A DNA stretch of 64,000 nucleotides from Hyaloraphidium curvatum SAG 235-1 (Eukaryota > Fungi > Monoblepharomycota), in contig JAIVFI010000011.1 of assembly GCA_025558095.1 (NCBI GenBank), positions 372,001-436,000 on the forward strand. The letters run 5' to 3'. Both the position numbers and the translations under genes were made by a program. The notes beneath the pieces are model-generated. The model was given only the letters and a program-made list of their open reading frames with translations. It was not told the DNA's origin and searched no databases. Below, piece after piece: positions 23,643 through 36,446 of the stretch (position 1 is the first letter of the stretch; the number at the start of each line of letters is the position of its first letter).

Positions 23643-24746
23643 ATGCCCGCCAGCCGCGCGCCGCTGCTGCTCGGCGCGCTGGTGCTCGCGCTCGCCGTGT
23701 CGGGCGTCGCCGCCGACGTGTGCTACTGCCGCTGCTCGGGATGCTCCGACACAGGCTCGTGCTGGAACGGATTGTGCGTGCTCGCCGCCCCAGATGGCCG
23801 CCCCCGCTCACCCCCCCCCCCCTCCCCCCCCCCGCAGCCAAGCTGGCTACTTTGACCTGAGCCAGGCGCCCTGCAACTCGACCTCGTGCGTCGTCTTCTT
23901 CCCCAACTACTGCCTGCCCAGCTACAGTGCGTCGCCCCCCGTCCGCAGCGCATCCCCGCACCGGCTGACCCCTCCCCACCCCCTCCCCACCCGCAGCGAT
24001 CCAGGCCACCACCGGCCCCCCGCCCGGCGGCATCACCCCCGGCGGCATCGCCGGCCTGGTGCTGCTCTCCCTGGCCATCCTCGCCGTGCCGCTGCTCATG
24101 TGGTACCTGTACGAGCGGTGGAAGAAGCGCTCGGAAAAGGCGCAGGACACGGTGGTCGAGACGTACAAGTACGAGGAAAAGTACGGGTACAACCCCTACA
24201 CCGACGCCGAGATCAAGGGGGCGCCGACCGTCGTCGCGCCCACGGCCGGCGGGTACACCGCGCCAGGTGGGCACCGCCGCGCCCGCTCCCGCATGCGATC
24301 TACCGCTGACCGCCATCGCCCCGCTTCCAGTCACGGACCCATACGCATCGATGAGCGCCAGCGCCGCTACGCCCACGCTGCCCTCGGTCCAGGCCACCTC
24401 GCCCCTGACCACGTCGTACGGTGTCGAGGGCTCCAGCGCGTCGCTGACGTCGGACCTCGGCTCGTCGTCGTCGCTGGCCAAGGCCGCGGACGACGTCAAC
24501 AAGGCCGCCGGCGATGCGTCCGCGTCGGTGCAGAAGGCCGCCGATTCGGCCGTCGACTCGGTCAACAAGGCGGCTGCCGACGCGAGTAGCTCGGCGCAGA
24601 AGGCGGTCGACTCGGCCGTCGACTCGGTCAACAAGGCGAGCGCAGGGGCCACCTCGACCATCAACCAAGCTGCCAGCGACGTCACTTCGAGCATCAACCA
24701 GACCTCGGCCAACGTCACATCGAGCGTCAACAACGCGCTCAAGTAA
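23643..24746 (+). CDS. Small type-I membrane protein: signal peptide, 8-Cys ectodomain, TM helix, cytosolic 11-mer repeat tail; 3 introns
   Basis: MPASRAPLLLGALVLALAVSGVAA|DVCYCRCSGC...; TM GIAGLVLLSLAILAVPLLMWYLY followed by basic RWKKR; GTGCGT/GTGGGC..CAG introns give one continuous frame. Confidence 0.7.
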
Positions 24747-25223
24747 GCTAGCGGGAACTAGACGGACTTAATCTAAGGAGAACGGAATCATAACGCGTTT
24801 GGCTGTTTCTTAAATCTTGCCCGCGAGCGTGTGGCTGTTTGGTGGGGCGGATGGGCAGCGTGGTGCGTCCCGGATCATGCGGAGTGGCTTTTCTCCGCAC
24901 CCCGTCTCCCGCTGCGCGCCGCACGCAGCCGCGTCCTCCAATCCGGGTTGCTTGCTGCGGAGCATGCATGCAAGCTGTCCAGGCGCGGATTACCGGGCCA
25001 CAGCGCATTTCGGGTGCCCGCTTCAACGTTCATCCCGCCGGGTGGCGATCGGCGAGTTCGCGTGGCTGGGCGTTCAGCGACGAACTCCGGAGTTCCGTTG
25101 CCGCGCCCGCATCCACCCAGGCGGCGCGGCGGCCTCCGATGCGGCTGTAGGAGCGCATCCCACGTTTCCTGGCGCGGAGTCGCGGGGCTTAAGGGGCGGG
25201 AGTGCGTGCGCGCAGGGGTCGCC

Positions 25224-28195
25224 ATGTCCGCGTCGGTGCTGCGGTCGGCCGTGCCCGCCGCGCAGCCGGCCGGCGAGGCGCCACTCGTCTTTGCGGAGGA
25301 CGCGGACAACCCGGCCGCCGGCCAGTCGGTGTCGTTTGCGCCCGGCGCGCGTGCGTCCCCGGTGCCGCAGGACGGGCAACGCAACCACCGGACCCTTTCG
25401 GACGGCGCGGCGGTGGCCGCGAAGAAGGCGGCCGGCAGCGGCCACGGGCGCAAGTCATCAATCGGCAAGCTGAGCGACCTCTTTGCGGGCCGCGGCAGCA
25501 GCTCGCCGCCCTCCAAGCCGGTCCCGCCGCCCGCAAACCCCCCAGGCATCCTCAACAATGGAAACAACGGCGGCAGTGCTGCTTCCGGCACGCCATCGCT
25601 GCTGCCTGCACCCCTCTCGGACTCGGACTCGCCGCCGCCGCAGGCAGCGCGGTCGCGCTCCACCGAGGCGCCCTCGCACTCGCGCCACATGAGCACGCAG
25701 TCGCTCGGCCCCGCCCTGCCCTCCTCCCAGCAGCCGCAGCAGCTGCACTCCGCACGCTCCGTGTCGGCAGACCTCACGTCGCAGCTCGCGTTGCTCTCGA
25801 CGTCGGCCCCGTCCCAGGGGAACCCCGTCGCCCGCGTGGAAAGCCACCCGCTGAGCCTGGGCGACAACTCGTCCGACTCGCAGAGCGAGCTCAACGTGCG
25901 CCCTTTCGGCTCCCCGCCGGGCAGGAAGCAGCCGCTCGTCAAGGCCGAGACCTTCTCGGCGCTGCCGCGCAACGACGCCAACGTCGGCATCATCGGACGC
26001 ATCGGGCAGGAGCGCGCCACCACCGAAAAGTTCTCCACGGACTTTGGCCTCGGCTCCTCGCTCACCCTCCCCGCGCGCCCGTCGTCGCCCGCCGAGCGCT
26101 CCTTCAACGAGGAGCGGTCCTTCACCGCGCCCCCGGGCTACGGCGCCGTCGCCTACGCGAGCCACAAACGCGACCACGACTTCCACGAGCTGTTTCCCGC
26201 CGTGCCAGAGGGCGAGACGCTGGTGGAGGACTACGCGTGCGCGCTGCAGAAGGACATCCTGGTGCAGGGGAGGCTGTACATGACGGACCAGCGCATGTGC
26301 TTCTACGCGAGCATCTTTACCTGGGTCACCACCGTGGGTGCACGCAGGCGCGTCATTCTATCGATTTGGACTGACGATTCCGCGTTGTTCGACGCCCACA
26401 GATCCTCATCCCGTTCTCCGAGGTCGTCTCGATCGAGAAAAAGGCCGTGCTGCTCATCAACAACGCGATCGAGGTCGCCACCAAGGACGGGAAAAAGTAC
26501 TTTTTCGCATCGTTCATGCAGCGCGACATCACGCACTCGCTGCTCATGAAGCTGTGGCGGCGGGACGCCGAAATGACCACCGCAGTGGGTGCCTGCTGCG
26601 TGCGCATATTGGAAGACTTACGATTTGATGACGGTTTTGCAGCTCGACGTGATCCACTTCGAGGGCTCCGATGTGTCGGGTGACTTGCATTCGCACAACG
26701 ACGACGACGAGGGCGAGTTCGTGGACGACCATCCCGACGACCACACGGACACGGAGGAGCCCGAGCACTCGGACTACGATGTCACCGACGGCGTCTCGCC
26801 CGGCACCGAGGTCGAGTCCCCCGGCACTGGCGGCTCTCCCAAGAACCTCGCGGGCGACCGCCTCGCCCCCCTGGCCGAGGAATCCGGGCGCGCCTCCGAG
26901 GCCGCCGAAAGCGGCGTCGAGGGCACCTCCCCGCCCAAGAAGCCCGTCGTGCAGAGCGCCTCCGCCTCCTCCCTCGGCCCCCTCGTCCCCCTCGTCACCC
27001 CCGCCACCTCGTCCTCCTTCCTCGCCCCCGGGCAGCCGCACCGCCGTCGCGACATGCTCACCCCCTCCGTGGTCGTCTCGGCGTCGCACGGCCCGGGCAA
27101 GCGGCGCCACGCGCACCACCCGCACAAGCGGCACCCGCGCTCGACCCACTCGGACGAACCGCTTCCCGTGCCGACGCAGTGCGCCTGCACGGACCACGGG
27201 AGCTACGTCGTCAACCTCGAGCGGACCTACGACGTGCGGCTGCGCGCGCTGTGGAAGCTCCTGTTCGGGCACGGTTCCGAGGCCATCGTGAAGAAGGTCA
27301 ACGAGGCCCGTCGCAACCGCGAGTTCAAGGTCGAGGTGCCGTGGTCCCTGGGCGGGCAGCCAGTGGCCGTGGAGACGGACGACGGGATCACGAGCGGCGC
27401 GAGGAGGACGATGGTCTGGGTGTGCCCGCTGCCGGGCGGCTTCGGGCCCAAGCAGACGCGCAACATGCACGAGGAGCTGGTGGTGCACAAGGACCTCAAC
27501 GTGTGGGTACCTTTGCGGCGTATGGTCGGTGTCGCGCCTAACCGCGATGCGGCTTGCTCAGCTACTTGACGGTCGAGACCTGGGACACGGCCATGGACGT
27601 GCCCGCGGGTGACTGCTTCAAGGTGCACGAGAAGCTGTGCCTCGTGCACGCCGAACCCAGAAATGGCCGCCCGCGCACTACGCTCAAGATGTCGGGCCGC
27701 GTCGAGTTCGTCAAATCGACGTGGCTCAAGGGCCTGATCGAGCGCAACGCCGTCGAGGGGGCGAGGAGCTACTTCGAGGACCTGGACAAGGCGATCCGGG
27801 AGCACTTTGCCGCGGAACCCGAGGTCCCCGGCGAACCTGGGGAGAGGCCGCGGCGGAGGGCCAAGGAGGCGGTGCCCAGTGCGATGGGGGAAGCCGCCGC
27901 GCCGCCGTCGCCGCCTCCGTCGCCGGCGCCCCCCGAGCGGATCGCCCTGCTGCAGGAGGAGCCGGGGATCGCGTCGGTGCTTGGGGGGATCGCGCTGTCG
28001 CTGGCGCGGTACCTGGCCGGCGAGGACGAGCCTGGCGTGCGGAGGGTCGGCACCGCGGTGCTGGGCATGCTGGCCGTCTTCATCTTCTTCGGCTACTGGC
28101 TGCTCCTGTGGAGGCTAGCGAGCACGCTGGGGCAGATCAACGAGACGCTGGCGGCCATCCGCTCGGCTCTCCCCCGTCAGGGACCCCCTTTGTAG
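25224..28195 (+). CDS. GRAM + VASt (StART-like) sterol transfer protein, Lam/Ltc/GRAMD1 family, with C-terminal TM; ~3 introns
   Basis: FHELFPAVPEGETLVEDYACALQKDILVQGRLY...CFYASIF (GRAM); DVPAGDCF, VEFVKSTWLKGLIE (VASt); TM AVLGMLAVFIFFGYWLLLW. Confidence 0.9.
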
Positions 28196-28372
28196 CCAGG
28201 CGATCTTGACGGAGTCCGCAATCTGGTGCATCTCTTGCCGTTTGTCATTCGCTGTGCTGTGTCACCCACGTGTATACCCGAAACCGAAAAATACATTTCC
28301 AAGATGCATATGCTTCTGTTACTCGTACTGGTTAATGTCCACACTGCAGACCTGCGCATCACGGTGCCACGT

Positions 28373-31300
28373 TCACAGGTTTTTCATGTCGCGGAAGTTC
28401 ATCGATATCTGAGGCAAGTGTTTTAGCTCTGGGCAATGACACAGCGACGCACATCGCACCTGGTCGACCAGCGCCGCTGGGTTTCCCGACTCGTCGGAGG
28501 TCGCGCTGAGGGTCCCGCTGTAGGCGTACAGATCGATCGCCGCGCCGCGGCCCGCGGGCTTCCTGACCACGCGCTTGCGCTTGGCGGCGGGATCCTTGGG
28601 CTTCGCGGCCGGCTTGGCGTCCGACTGCTTGGCCTTGGCGGCCTCCATCGCCTTGACCTGCGAGGGCATTAGGGGCCCGGCTGGGGGCGTCGGTGCCGTC
28701 GCCTCCTTGGCGGGAGCTGGAGGTTCCTTTGGAAAATCATCCGCCGCGACGGGCTCCGCAGGAACAGGTTCGGGCGGGGGCGGAGACAGGGACACTCTCG
28801 AGATCTCGGGAGCGGGCGCGAGGACCGGCTCGACCTTGTCGCGGACCTCGGTGGCAACCGTGACGACAGCAGGGGCCATGTCCAAACGTGCCTGCATCCT
28901 CATTGCGGAAGGGCGGCGAGGAGGTGCAGGCGCGAGCTCGCTCGGCTTAGGGTTGGGGGAGTTCGATGGCTGCGAGATGGTAACCACCTCGCGGAAGTCC
29001 ATGCTCGAAGGGCGGAAGCTCTCCGAGGGCGAGGAAAGGATGATGGCACTCTGCTCCTCCTGCACGGCCTCAGGCGCCGCCGCGGCCGAATGCGTGCCCG
29101 GCTTCCTCGACGAGTTGCGCGGAGGCGGGACCAAGGACCCGTACGCATCGAAGGCGCCAACCGCCGACGCGATCGCCACGTCGAAACCACCCGCGTAGTC
29201 CAGGAGAACTGGCGCTTGTCGCTTCTTCCGACGACGCTCGCCGAATGCGTCCTCGGCCGCCGCCGGTGCAGCGTCGGCCGCCCCGACAATGGTCAGCGCC
29301 GGCGGCGCATTCTCCTGGTCCGAAGGTCGCTTCGCGGGGGAGACGCTGGCCATGTCCGCCGGCTTCGCAGCAACAGGTTCGGTCGCCGGTGCAGACACGA
29401 CGGTCGCGACCGACGCAGTGCTGTGCGCCGGCGATGGTGGGACTGCTTTGGCCTTTTTCGCCTCTGGCGCCGCGGTCTTTCCGAAGCTGAACTGCTCCAG
29501 CAGCGAGCTCAGCGGGCTATCGCCGTCGTCCCTCTTCTCCATGCCCAAAAGCTGCAGCGGTGAACGGAAGTTGAAGGCGGGCTTGTCGGCCGCCTTGCCC
29601 AGCTTGGCGGCCCCGAAGATGGAGAGGCCGCGGGCCGGCTGGGTTTCGGGGAAAGCCTGTGCTCGCAGATCTGGGAAGGAAGGCTTCCGCACCAGCTTGC
29701 TTGCCGGCGGGTCCTGAGCTTCGGGCTGCACCGGCGCCAGCGGGAAGATCGGTGCGACAAGAGGTGTTGGTAATGCGGAATCCGCCTGCGAAGCTTCAAC
29801 GTCTGAACTAGGCGCAGCAGTCGACCCCGCGCTGCCAATTTGCTCTTCGGATTCAGACGCAGGGTCATAAGCTGCACCGGTCCCGATGAGAGAGTTTGTC
29901 CAGTCCGCGAGAGAGCAGTAAGCCTGGTACACGGCCCTGAGCTTCGACTCTGCGAGCTCGAGCTGTCGGTCCTTTTCGATCAGCTGCTCCTGAAGCCGAT
30001 CCCGCTGCGCTTCCAGAGCCTGTGCGGTCATCTCGTACTTGGCTGCGTCCGCAAACACCCCCTCGATTGACGCGACCGAGTCGTCAGGGTCGGAGCCCTG
30101 GAGGTCGGCCAGCGACGGCAGGTCCGAGAAGGGCTCGGGTCTCCTCTCCGCTTCGCGCTTCGGTGACTGCGAAGCCGGGGAGGAAGACTGCCACGCGGAT
30201 CTGATCACAGGGGTCTGCGCGCGCGAATGGAGGGGAGTCGTTCGGCGACTCAGATCCGTCACGGTAGAACGGCTACTTGCGCCCTCTGTGATCGCCGTGA
30301 TCTCCTGGAGGACATAGTCGGCATTGCGAAACATGCTCTGGATGTCCAGATTGGCGATCTGCCGCAAGTTCTGTTAGGGTCTGGCCCAGTAGCTTCGACC
30401 GTTGTCACCACCTTCTGATCGCGGAGCGCCTGCTCAAGGAGCCCGCCGACCTCGGGGAACTGCGCAGCGTATCGCACCGGAGACCAGCCGTAGCGATCAA
30501 TGAGGTCGGGTCTGGCGTTGTAGGAGAGGAGCAGCTTCGCGACCTCGTAATGTCCATCGCGGGCTGCTCGAGGCCGTCAGCTGAGTTCTTCGCCCAGCAA
30601 AGCAGAACTCTCACCGGCGTACATGAGCGGCGTCGCGCCGTTCTCGTCGCCCGAGTCCACCTCGGCGCCGGAGGCCAGCAGCACGTCGCAGAGCGCCAGC
30701 TTCCCCAGGTACGCCGCGAGGCACAGGGGAGTGATGCCCCGAAGGTACTCGCCGTTCTGGGTCGAGTCGACGACGTCGTGGTAGTGGGCCGTGTTCGCCA
30801 AGCTCTGCAGCAGGATCTCCGCGACATCGACGTGCTTCGGCAGGCAGAGCGTGGCGTAGTTGAGGTTCGTGGCATTGATCTCGTGCGAGTCGACAGGCGC
30901 AAAGATGGTGCACATGAGCGGGGTCCTGCGAAAGGTCAGCTGGGCCGGACCAGCACAGCGCTCTTGTCCACTTGCCTGCCCCGGCTGTCTTTTGCGCTGG
31001 GATCGGCTCCGGCCTCGAGCAGCAGGCGGACCATCTCCACGCCGCCACCCAGCGACGCCAGTCCCAGCATGGTCGCCTCGTAGACCTGCGGGTCGTCCAG
31101 CCGGTCGGGCGGCCGTTCCGCCAGCAGCACCTTGTTCAGCGAGTCACACCAGACCCGGCGGTTGACAATGTCCGCCTGTGCCAGCCGGGGCAGCCGGCCG
31201 AGGATGGCGGCCGCCTCGCGCACGTCGTTCTCGCACGCGGCGACGGCCAGCGCGAGCGACGAAGGGAGTCCGGCCGACACGGAGTGCGCGAACGAGCGGC

Positions 31301-31385
31301 CGCTAATGCCGGCCGCCATGTTCGGGAACGCCTTTGGCCGCGGCGCCGCCGGCTGGCCGGACGGCGAGCCGTCCGCGGTGAGCAT
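28373..31385 (-). CDS. Ankyrin-repeat protein with coiled coil and long Pro/Ser-rich disordered C-terminus; ~4 introns
   Basis: EMVRLLLEAGADPSAKD, GITPLCLAAYLG, NGATPLMYA, DRYGWSP; splices (QK|IANLD) into ORF 28373-30367. Confidence 0.75.
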
Positions 31386-31694
31386 CTCGGCCGCGCGATC
31401 CCGGGACCGCGCCGCGGGACGCGTTCGGGCGCGGCAACAAACGCGCTGGCCGACGCGAGGTGGCCCGGGAAAGGTTCTTTGTGAGGTAGCCGGCCAAGAA
31501 TTCGGCACCGTCAAAGTTGGCTCCGGCACCAGCGGATGCATGCCTGAACCGTCGACCCGGCCACCGAGACAAAGATCTTATGTAAAGCATGCCATGAAAA
31601 GAACATCCACCGTCTGCAACCCTGCCCATGCTGCGTCTCCACCGGCTGTCCAGGAGGCGGCCGTCACTTCGCTCCCGCACTCGTCCCCGTCCAC

Positions 31695-33350
31695 CTAAGC
31701 CGAACCAAGACGCTGGCCACCAGACTTGTACTTCCGATACACTTCATCCAGAAAGATGCGACCGACAAAGGAGGCGAGATGAGCGCGCGGGCCCCTGCAA
31801 GCCGCACAGTCGCATCAGCAAGGCACAAGACGGCAGCCCGATTGTCTCTACCTCAAGATATCAAAGGCGTGGTGCGTTCCAGCAAATTCGAGGTAGAAGA
31901 TCGGCACCCGCCGCTGCGTCGACTCGAACTCCTTGACGAAGGCACGTACGGTCGGCACGGGCACCAATGTATCGCGCTCCCCGTGGAAAACGAGAAAAGG
32001 TGGCACGTTCTTCGACGCCTTGACCATCGTAAGGGGGCTGGCGTGCTCACGGAGCCAATCCATATCGTGCTCGTTCCCTGCCACGACCTGGCGGAAGAAG
32101 CGCTCGAAATTGGGATTGTTCGAGCCCGTGACGTTGGTGACGTCGACCACGGGGTCTGCGGGGGGCGCGTCAAAACGGGCAAAGGGCCGTAAACGTCGAC
32201 GAGAACAAACAGAAGGGACAGCATGCCTGAACACTAGTGTTGACGCTCTCGAATCCGGGCTGGAAAAGTGGTACGTTGGCCGTCAGGGCGGCGAGCGTCG
32301 CCAAGTGGCCGCCGGCGCTTCCGCCGCTAATCGCGACGAAATTCGGATCCCCGCCGTATTTGTCGATGTTGGCCTAGCATTCGTCACGCGAATGGCCGTT
32401 GGAGGGTCAGCGTCGGCGGGCCGAAGTGGCGATTCCGTTGCAACGGACCTTAACCCAGCGAATGCACCTCTTGATGTCGATCAGGTGCTCTGGAAAGACT
32501 CCCGGAGCTGGACAAAACAGGAAGCATAGCCGCCATTAGCGGGCAATGAAGCTTGCGAAAGCCCAAGTTTGCTCACCTGAACCTCGCGACAGTCGGTAAT
32601 TGGTGTTCACAACAACGAAGCCAGCACGTGCCAAGTCAGGAAGTCTGCCAAGTAGCCAGATCGTGAGCCATCCGTCACGTGGAAATAGTTCCTTCCTACC
32701 CACAGGGGACTTGAGGGGTACCGTTTGTCGCCGAACTGCCAAGCTCCGCCGTGCACGTACAGCAATACGGGCCTGTTGGATCCGCTTCGAGCTCCGATGG
32801 GTGTGATAATGTCGAGGCTGTTGCGGAGGCGCTTGTACGCCATGCTGCTCCCGCGGTCCGTCCTCAGCTCCTCCTCGGTCGCGTACACGATTCCAGAGGT
32901 GGTTTTGGTCCCGAAGTTGAATATCAGGTTGACGATATCGAACGCCGGACGCCACCACAAGAGCTCAAATGTGGTCGGCATTCTCGGCGCCTTGCCCTGG
33001 AGGACCATTCGGTTCACGACCTTCTGTGCCTCGAAACGCGCATCGATGATTCGAAAGATTGCAGGAATCAGCAGCAGCGCGTTTGCGACCGTAAGTGGGG
33101 CGGCAATGTAGAAAAGAGGGTTGAGAGCTCCAAAGGACGCGAAATCGGCGAAGAGGAAGAGCATCTCAAGGAGCTGCAGGACGTGCGCGTATTCGGCAGT
33201 GAAGGATGCCACCCCATACTCGGCGAGGCGGAATGCACGATACTGCCTGAAAACGGAAAGAAAGCCGACCGAGTTCCGATCGCCGTAGAGCACCAAGGCG
33301 AGAAGAGAGTCGATCAAGGAGAAAGTCAGGTGTGGAATCGTCAGGAGCAT
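31695..33350 (-). CDS. Membrane-anchored HSL-family alpha/beta hydrolase (esterase/lipase); several introns; start uncertain
   Basis: Hydrophobic N-terminus; VHGGAW, NYRL, ISGGSAGGHLA (nucleophile), PPFLVFHGERDTLVP, GTHHAFD. Confidence 0.8.
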
Positions 33351-33710
33351 CGCGGCACAGTGCTCCTCAGACAAATGTGGCACGTCCACCGAAAATCTTT
33401 ACGCCGTAGAGGTCCTCGATGTGGGTCGACACAACGCCTCGTGCACGCGAAGAGGGTTGATGACCCAGGAGCGCTGACGTGTCGCGGGCGGACTCCACGC
33501 GAGGGCGCGTTCAGACGGTCCACCGCTGGCCAGTCCTCGTTCACTGAGTGCTCCACGAGTATATCCTGCGGGTGAAAACCGGAAACCTGCGCTGCCTGGG
33601 ACCTTTCCGAATGTGGGTTGAACGAACGAGCCAGCGGTGCGGGACCCAACGAACGCGCGGCGCACAAGGGGCGGGGCAACTCTCATCCCCACCTCTCTGT
33701 TCCGGCCATC

Positions 33711-36353
33711 ATGAGGCCGGCCCCGCACCGCCGGAAGGCGGCGGGCGCGCGGCATCTCCTGCTTGCCCTCGGGCTCGCCCTGGGCAGCGCCGTTGCGTGC
33801 TACGGCGCCGTCCTTGGCCTCGTCAAGCCGCAGGACCCCGCTTTCGTGCAGCCCGCGGACGACACCTGGTCGGACGCCGCGGACCTCCGGGCAAAAGCCG
33901 TGGACTCTGCCGGCGTGGTCACATCGACGGCGCCGTCCGCGTTTCCCCGATGCCGCAGTTTCGACGGTCGGTCCCCATTGAGTCGGTCGGCCTGTGGGAC
34001 TCACAGCTGACCTTTGCTGGCCGATCCTTCGCCTTCCGCGCTGCAGCCTCGCAGACGGTGGCCTCTTTTGAGGTCAAGGTGGAACCGCCGGCCACCGCCG
34101 TCAAGGTTGTCAGCGTCAACGACCTCGGGGCATCGACGTCCGCAAACGACAACAGCGATGCTTTCCAGAGAGCGGTGGAAGCGTGCGCCGGGCAGCCTTG
34201 CACGATACAGTTTGCGCCAGGGAACTATCGCTTCACCCAGAGCCTGCGGGTCGATGTGCGTTGCTGTTGTCAAATGCGTCGCTGCAACAACTGACCTCCG
34301 ATGGCCTTTTTCGCTCCAGGGTGCGAAAGATTTGACGATCGACGGCCAAGGAGCCCGCCTGGTCTTCGGCTTCCGCTCCAACTTTGCCCCGCTCCTCACC
34401 GTCATTCGGACGGATCACTTCCAGCTCCAAAACATTGCCTTCGACTGGTAGGTCCCTAGAATGTGCCGCGTTGCGCACTCTTGCTTTCGGAGCTGACTTC
34501 TTCCGTGCAGGAACTGGGGCGTTTACCGCATTGCCACCCTGGCACGGACCCGAAGCTACCGGGAGGCCAATGGCAAGTCGACCTGGACCGTGGACCTGTT
34601 GGATGTGCAGGATTTTGATCCGAACACCATCTACAATTGGCATTCTGCATTTGCGGTGGACCCGGCGACCATGACGATCGGTCTTCCGAACGTCAACGAC
34701 ATTTGGGAGCTTCCGGTGTCGGTTGCGACCAAGCTCGGCCCAGCGCAGATCCGCTTAGTTCTGGATACCCTGCTTTCCGATCAGGGCGTAGCGCCCGAGG
34801 CCGGGTCGTACTGGCTGCTTCGCCACTTTACGTACGAGGTGCACGCCATCTGGATGGAGTCTTGCACGCACTGCACTCTGGACAAAGTCAACGTCTACTC
34901 CACTCCAGGCATGGCGATCACGTACGAAGACGGCAGCGAGAACATCGCCATTCGGAACTCGAGGATCGGTGTGTTCCCCGGCTCCGCGCGCCAGATTTCG
35001 TCGGCGACAGACGGTGTCCACCTCGCGGGCACCAAAGGCGAGATTCTCATCGAAAACACGGAGATTGCCAACCACGGCGACGACTGCATCAACGTCAACG
35101 ATCCCGTTAGCGTCGGGTTCAGGGTGCTGGATGCGCGGACGATCGTCGCCAACGATTGGAGGGACGGCCGCATCGTGTACGCCGACGGCGACTCGGTCAC
35201 TTTCCGCAACGAGGACTACACCGAAACCGGCATCAACCTCGAGGTCGCCTCGGCCTCCTACCAGAGCGGAGGCTGGCGGATCCGCTTCACCGGCGCCCTG
35301 CCGACCTTCAGGAACCAGACGAGCAAAATGTTCGTCATCAACACCAGCCGCTATAGCGCCCGCAACGTCATCATCCGCGGGCTTCATTGTCATTCGAACC
35401 GTGCCCGCGGAGTGGTGCTCCAGGCCAAGAACGTTGTCGTGGAGCAGGTGAGAGCGGAATCGTGCATCCGGAGGCGCTTTCTCACTTCACTTTTCCTCCA
35501 GTCCTGTTTCACAAACATCCAACAGGAGGCGATCTCGATTTCCAGCGAGATTTGGCTCGGACACTGGGCCGAGGGCACCGGCACCGTCGACACTGTCATT
35601 GATAGCAACGTCATTGCGGGCGTCGACAAGCAGAACACTGGTCGCGGAGCCATCTACAGCGGCGCTTCCTACTCGGACGGATCCGGTCTTGTTACGCCTG
35701 TCCATTCCAGGATCGTGATCAGCAACAACGTCATCAACCAGACGCAGGCGAGGGCGTTCACTTTCCAGATGGTCGAGAACCTGCTCATGGTCAACAACAC
35801 CGTCGTCAACGCCGACGCCGCTTCGCCCAACGCCGGCGTGGTCCGGGTGCGCAAGGCGTCCAACGTCAAGATCAACTCGAACCGGTGGGCTTACCAGGAG
35901 GGCATCCAGCAGCGGACGCCCGGTGCAAAGGTCCAGATCGAAGTCAGCTCGACGTCCAACGTCTACGGAAACAACAACCTGCTTCTGCCGCTGGCCGACA
36001 TTGACGCTGCGCCTTCGAGCTCGCCGGCCGCGCCATCGAGGACGAAGAGGCCGACCAGAACCACCACCACCACTCCGGAGCCGCCGAGCCCGACAGTCGA
36101 GACGCAGGAGCCCGAGCCGACGGTGGCACCGGCCCCCGAGCAGCCCGCGGATGATGCGCCGACAGCAGTGGAGGAGCCGACGGAGACCGCCACGCCGACC
36201 ATCGGCCTCGGTCCGATCGGCACGCACACGGACCCCGCCTTCCTGGAGAACGTAGGCGGGAACCCGCTGGCTTCGGTCGGCGAGAAGATTACGCTGGCGT
36301 CGCCCATCCGGCCGACCGGGACCGCGGCGTTGCCAAACATCCTTGGCACCTGA
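33711..36353 (+). CDS. Secreted right-handed beta-helix glycoside hydrolase, GH110 (alpha-galactosidase)-like, with Pro/Thr-rich tail; ~4 introns
   Basis: Signal peptide; DNSDAFQRA..FAPGNY, LTIDGQGA, NIAFDW; SATDGVH, NHGDDCINV, SNRARGVVL, WAEG; parallel beta-helix repeats. Confidence 0.7.
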
Positions 36354-36446
36354 GCGGGCTGATGCGCTGGATCTGTCTGAATCTCATTCCGCATGGTGTA
36401 AACTGGCACGTAATCTATAGTTTAATTATCTATCGTGAGCTTTCTC

